From positions 646,803 to 710,802 of the forward strand of contig CAVOPG010000001.1 of assembly GCA_963697835.1 (NCBI GenBank): a stretch of 64,000 nt of DNA, read 5' to 3'. The stretch's first letter is position 1; each line of letters begins with the position of its first letter. This DNA is from an uncultured Acidobacteriota bacterium. Lineage in GTDB: Bacteria; Acidobacteriota; Vicinamibacteria; Fen-336. Made by a program: the position numbers and the translations under genes. The notes under the pieces are model-generated. The model saw only the letters and a program-made list of their open reading frames with translations, ran no database searches and was not told the origin of the DNA. Below, one piece after another: positions 60,287-64,000 of the stretch.

Positions 60287-61066
60287 TCACGGCTCGAAGC
60301 CCGGCCACAGCGCGACACGCCCCGGGTCCGATACCCACTGCACCGCTTCCGGGTCGCGCGCGAACGTCCGGTAGATCGGCTCGCCGGGGACGAGGCCCAG
60401 CTCCGGGTAGGCGCGCGCCCGTCGCTCGACGAGCGGCCGCGTGGCGTAACGCGGGTTCTTCCGCCATTCGATGTTCTCGTCCCGCCCGACGAGCGGGAAC
60501 CACGCGAGGCCGCCGCGCTCCCGCACCTCCGCGTACTCGAAGCCGTAGTCGCGGTCGCACCACGCCCCGAAGGTCATGGGCTCGTGGACGTCGGCACTGA
60601 CCGTTGCGTGGGCCCATCCGGGCGGAACGACCACCACCTCGCCGGGAGAGGCCTCGATCGCGTAGCAGCGGCCGGGGTCGTCGGCCGCCCGCTCCTGCAT
60701 GTAGACGACGGCCCGCCCGCTCCAGATCTCGTAGAGCTCGGGCGGCGACCAGCCGCTGTGGGCCGCCACCTTGTGCACGTGGCCCTGGCTGCGGACCGGC
60801 TCCTCGCCGAGGCGGCCGGCCGCGTAGGTCACGACGCCGAACAGCAGGCTCCGGCGCCGGAGCTCCGCCCGGTGCTCCTCGCGCCCCACGTCCATCACGA
60901 TCGCGTACACGGGGTCGGGACCGTCGCACGCCGGGTCGAGGAGGCTCTTCCGGATGGCGTGAAGCGACCGCATCTCGGGCGGAGGCCCGAAGACGCCGGG
61001 CCCGTAGTCGAAGCCCATCGGCTCGCGGCGGGCCCGTACGTCGAGGCCGGGAAGGAAGCCGCTCAC
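60287..61066 (-). CDS. Cupin-type glucose-6-phosphate isomerase family protein
   Basis: GTG at 61066 in a GTGA overlap with the PMI stop. Cupin metal motifs SQGHVHKV....PELYEIW and VVVPPGWAHATV resemble archaeal-type cPGI (TKGHFH...VPPYWAHRTVN). Confidence 0.7.
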   Translation of the reverse strand: MSGFLPGLDVRARREPMGFDYGPGVFGPPPEMRSLHAIRKSLLDPACDGPDPVYAIVMDVGREEHRAELRRRSLLFGVVTYAAGRLGEEPVRSQGHVHKVAAHSGWSPPELYEIWSGRAVVYMQERAADDPGRCYAIEASPGEVVVVPPGWAHATVSADVHEPMTFGAWCDRDYGFEYAEVRERGGLAWFPLVGRDENIEWRKNPRYATRPLVERRARAYPELGLVPGEPIYRTFARDPEAVQWVSDPGRVALWPGFEP

Positions 61067-62814
61067 GGTCGCGTCCTCACGAAGGCCTTGATGGTCGCGC
61101 ACTCGGTCCCCTCGGCCTCTCCGTGCGGTCGGATCGTGTAGGCCCCGATCGCGGCCGGGACGATGAACGTCTCCGCGTAGTGGACGACGATGGGCTCGAA
61201 GGCGCCGTCCGGGCTCTCGATCACCGCCTCCTCTCCTTCCACGAGGTTGAGGACGGCGACACCGCCCCCGGTGTGGTGCGGCGCCGGGCCGGTGAACCAG
61301 TGCCGCCTCGTCTCGATGAACTCGCGCTCGTGGAGGCCCGTCCGCTCCTCCCGCCAGCCCTCGCCGGAGCCGAGCGGCTCGATCCGGTTGACGAGCTCGC
61401 GCTCCACCCACGCGGTCGTCCGCTCCCACTGGATGTTGGCGACGCCGTGGTCGATGTGGGTCGGCCGCGGCCGGCCGTCGAGCCCCGGGCGGTCCCAGTC
61501 CCAGAGCTTGAACGTGAAGATGAAGGGAGTGGCGCTGATCTCGAGGACCATCGCATCCTTCCCCGAGCAGTGGACGGTCCCGCCGGGGATGAGGAAGTGG
61601 TCGTGCTTCCTCGCCGGCCACCGGTTCACGTAGAGCTCGTCCGGGAACGTGAAGCCCCCTTCCTGCGCCCGGCGCAGGTCGCGCACCATGGCCGCGCGGT
61701 CAATCCCCTCCCGGAGGCCGAGGTACACGACCGCTTCCTCCCCGGCGTCGAGGAGGTAGTAGCTCTCGTCCTGCGTGTAGCTCATCCCGAAGCGGTCCTG
61801 GATGTACTCGGTGAGGGGGTGGACCTGGAGCGAGAGGTTGCCCCCGCCCATCGTGTCGAGGAAGTCGAAGCGGATCGGGAACTCCGTGCCGAAGCGGGCG
61901 TGGACGGCCTCGCCGAGGAGCTCGCGGGGGTGGCGGAGGACGAGGTCGATGGCCGGCACCTCGACCCGCGAGGCGCCGAACCCGAGGAGGAGGCTGTTCT
62001 CCTCGGGCACGCAGTCGAAGCACCACGCGTAGTTCGGCGTCTCGCGCGGCAGGTCGCAGACCTCCTTCATCCACTGCCCGCCCCACGGGCCGGGGTCGAA
62101 GAAGGGCACCACCCGGAAAGGCCGGCGGGCCGCGTCGGCGAGGCCCTGCCGGAAGTCGTCGCCCGCGATCATCTTCGGCGCGTTCGGGTCGTTCGTGTCG
62201 AGCAGCCAGTCGATCCGCTCGAGGAGCGTGCGCTTCAGCCGGTCGGCCGCCCGCCAGTCCACGAAGAAGCCCCGCTTGTAGAGCTTCCCCGGCCGCTCCT
62301 TCTGGTCGTGGGCGCCCAGGCTCGCGACCTCGTGCCTCCGCTGCCTCTGCTGGATCTCCCAGCGCGCGAGGTCGGCGTACACGAGCACGTCGGGCTCGCC
62401 GACGAGAGAGGCCCCCGTCCCCACCACGAGGACGAGGCCCGCGCGCACGGCGTCGACCCGCCCGCGCAGCACCGCGGCGCGCCCCGGGTCGAGGAAGTCG
62501 GATACGGAGAGCCCGTTCATCCGGCCGAACACCGGGTCGTCACCGAGGGACGTCGCGCACATCCGCTCGATCTCGGCCGCCTCCCGGTAGGCCTGCCGCA
62601 CGTCCACGACCAGCGCCGGCCGGAGTCCCTCGGTGACAACCCTCCGGACGTCGTCCACGTGGACGCCCGGATAGCACTCGACCGAGACGACGCACCGGGA
62701 TCGCGACCGCAGGCCCCCGAGGCGCTCCAGGAGGGCGGGCCAGCCGACCTCGCAGGCCGAAGACGGGCCGGCCGGGACGAACGGTCGCTTGTCGTAGCGG
62801 TGGCGCGCGGTCAT
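61063..62814 (-). CDS. manA: Class I mannose-6-phosphate isomerase, long form (583 aa)
   Basis: ATG at 62814 behind GAGGA. Motifs PWGGQWMKE, FPIRFDFLDT, NLSLQVHP, DESYYLLD, LIPGGTVHCSG. Confidence 0.85.
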   Translation of the reverse strand: MTARHRYDKRPFVPAGPSSACEVGWPALLERLGGLRSRSRCVVSVECYPGVHVDDVRRVVTEGLRPALVVDVRQAYREAAEIERMCATSLGDDPVFGRMNGLSVSDFLDPGRAAVLRGRVDAVRAGLVLVVGTGASLVGEPDVLVYADLARWEIQQRQRRHEVASLGAHDQKERPGKLYKRGFFVDWRAADRLKRTLLERIDWLLDTNDPNAPKMIAGDDFRQGLADAARRPFRVVPFFDPGPWGGQWMKEVCDLPRETPNYAWCFDCVPEENSLLLGFGASRVEVPAIDLVLRHPRELLGEAVHARFGTEFPIRFDFLDTMGGGNLSLQVHPLTEYIQDRFGMSYTQDESYYLLDAGEEAVVYLGLREGIDRAAMVRDLRRAQEGGFTFPDELYVNRWPARKHDHFLIPGGTVHCSGKDAMVLEISATPFIFTFKLWDWDRPGLDGRPRPTHIDHGVANIQWERTTAWVERELVNRIEPLGSGEGWREERTGLHEREFIETRRHWFTGPAPHHTGGGVAVLNLVEGEEAVIESPDGAFEPIVVHYAETFIVPAAIGAYTIRPHGEAEGTECATIKAFVRTRP

Positions 62815-62822
62815 GGCTGTCC

Positions 62823-63761
62823 TCACGCGCCCTCGAGCAGGGGCACGGCGCCCTGAAGGGCGGCGCGCTCGCCGAGCGCCGCCGCCCGCACCGAGACCTC
62901 GCCCCAGGGCGTCCACGCGTGCCGGTGGACGTGGGCCTCGACCGCGGGAACCACCGCCGCCGCGTGGCGCATGACGCCGCCGCCGATCACCAGCACCTCC
63001 GGGTCCCAGGCGTGGATCATGGCCACCGCTCCCGCGGCCCACACCCGCAGGCAGCGCTCGCGGACGGCCGCCGCCACCGCGTCTCCCTCTTCGGCGCCGG
63101 CGAACACCGCCTCGAAGTCGAGCGGCTCGCACCGGGCGAGCGGGCTCGCATCGAACCCGGGCGTGACGCGGCAGACGTCTGGCAGCGCCCAGGTCGAGGC
63201 CTCGGCCTCCACGCAGCCCACGCCGCCGCACGTGCAGGGGCGGCCCTCGAAGTCGGCCACGAGGTGCCCGCCGAGGACGCCGGCCTGGAAGTGCTTCCCG
63301 CGCAGGAGGCGCCCGCCGATCATGGCCGCGCCCCCGACGCCGGTGCCGAGGGTCATCATGACGACGTCGTCCTCGCCCCGCGCGGCGCCGGCATGCCGCT
63401 CGCCGAGGAGCGCGAGACGCGCGTCGTTCTCGAGGCGCAGCGGCAGGCCGAGCGACTCGCGGCACCAGGCCGACAGGTCGAGAGCCGGTGCGTCGTCGTA
63501 CTTGGCGTTCGTGGAGAGCACGCGGCCGGCGGCCGAGTCCACGAGACCGCAGAAGCCGAACGCGAGGCCGGCGCAGTCCGCCGGGGCCTCGCCGGCGCGC
63601 GACGCGGCCCGGCGCAGGGCGTCCGCGATCCTCGGCAGGGCGCCGGCGAGGCCGTGGGCCGCCTCCAGCGGCACCTCTTCGACGGCGACGACCTCGCGAT
63701 CCGCCACCAGCGCACAGGCGGCGTGGCTGCCGCCGAGGTCCACGGCGAGAGCCTTCACCAC
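62823..63761 (-). CDS. ROK-family sugar kinase
   Basis: LAVDLGGSHAACALV, GTGVGGAAMIGGRL, and the Cys-rich zinc motif CTCGGVGCVE. Confidence 0.9.
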   Translation of the reverse strand: MVKALAVDLGGSHAACALVADREVVAVEEVPLEAAHGLAGALPRIADALRRAASRAGEAPADCAGLAFGFCGLVDSAAGRVLSTNAKYDDAPALDLSAWCRESLGLPLRLENDARLALLGERHAGAARGEDDVVMMTLGTGVGGAAMIGGRLLRGKHFQAGVLGGHLVADFEGRPCTCGGVGCVEAEASTWALPDVCRVTPGFDASPLARCEPLDFEAVFAGAEEGDAVAAAVRERCLRVWAAGAVAMIHAWDPEVLVIGGGVMRHAAAVVPAVEAHVHRHAWTPWGEVSVRAAALGERAALQGAVPLLEGA

Positions 63762-64000
63762 GACCGCTCGATCTCTTCGAGGCTGCGGCCCTTCGTCTCG
63801 GGCATGACCCGCCAGATGAAGAGGAAGTTCAGGACGCTCATCGCCGCGTAGAGCCAGAAGGCGCCGGTCGATCCGAAGGCCTCGACGAGGGAGAGGAAGG
63901 TCGCGGTCACGAGGATGCAGGCGAGCCAGAGGCAGAGCGTCGCGATCGACATCGCCCGGCCGCGGATGCGGGTCGGGAAGAGCTCCGAGATCACGACCCA
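63755..64000 (-). CDS. MFS sugar-porter family transporter (C-terminal fragment; 5' part outside the window)
   Basis: SELFPTRIRGRAMS and the terminal PETKGRSLEEIE are sugar-porter signatures. Overlaps the ROK start by 7 nt. Confidence 0.85.
   Translation of the reverse strand, partial: WVVISELFPTRIRGRAMSIATLCLWLACILVTATFLSLVEAFGSTGAFWLYAAMSVLNFLFIWRVMPETKGRSLEEIERSW

Overview
This is a 64-kb window of very GC-rich (roughly 70%, judged by eye) bacterial chromosome. I resolve about 55 protein-coding genes. I found no rRNA, tRNA, CRISPR array, integrase or transposase. The high GC fills all six frames with long spurious ORFs, so I accepted a gene only where the translation shows motifs I recognise, a plausible Shine-Dalgarno or start context, or tight operon junctions.

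Gene content, in order:
- a GckR/MurQ-like SIS protein and a DUF1080 protein
- a PIN/Phd toxin-antitoxin pair and a PhyH dioxygenase
- a 1252-aa secreted HEAT-repeat protein
- a MacAB-like ABC exporter operon
- a FadL-family porin
- a Kgd-type 2-oxoglutarate dehydrogenase next to korAB
- an orphan protein built from type IV pilus alignment-complex-like modules
- an RRM RNA-binding protein
- a tightly coupled GNAT-SDR-PAP2-M28-GGCT operon
- a cytoplasmic molybdopterin oxidoreductase
- a Ser/Thr kinase fused to a TolB-like propeller
- several peptidases and acyltransferases
- DinB and Dabb stress proteins
- a mannose/hexose operon (MFS transporter, ROK kinase, PMI, cupin-type PGI)

Main candidate: a seven-gene operon at 50855-57555. 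An ActA-like pentahaem cytochrome, a Tat-exported MopB subunit, a 4Fe-4S subunit and an NrfD subunit form an ACIII/Qrc-like module. Two paralogous Cys-rich GcvH-fold proteins that lack the lipoyl lysine bracket it. I cannot match this combination to a described complex.

Secondary observations:
- a promoter-to-terminator unit with no convincing ORF downstream of korB
- a 62-nt palindromic element whose 25-nt arm recurs 6.1 kb away
- a strongly non-uniform distribution of frame breaks (at least 20 between 34 and 50.5 kb, none seen in several long flanking stretches)
- probable non-canonical start codons (ATT, CTG)

Limits: all functional calls come from motif recognition by eye, with no searches run. 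Frameshift positions are approximate, to within about 10 nt.
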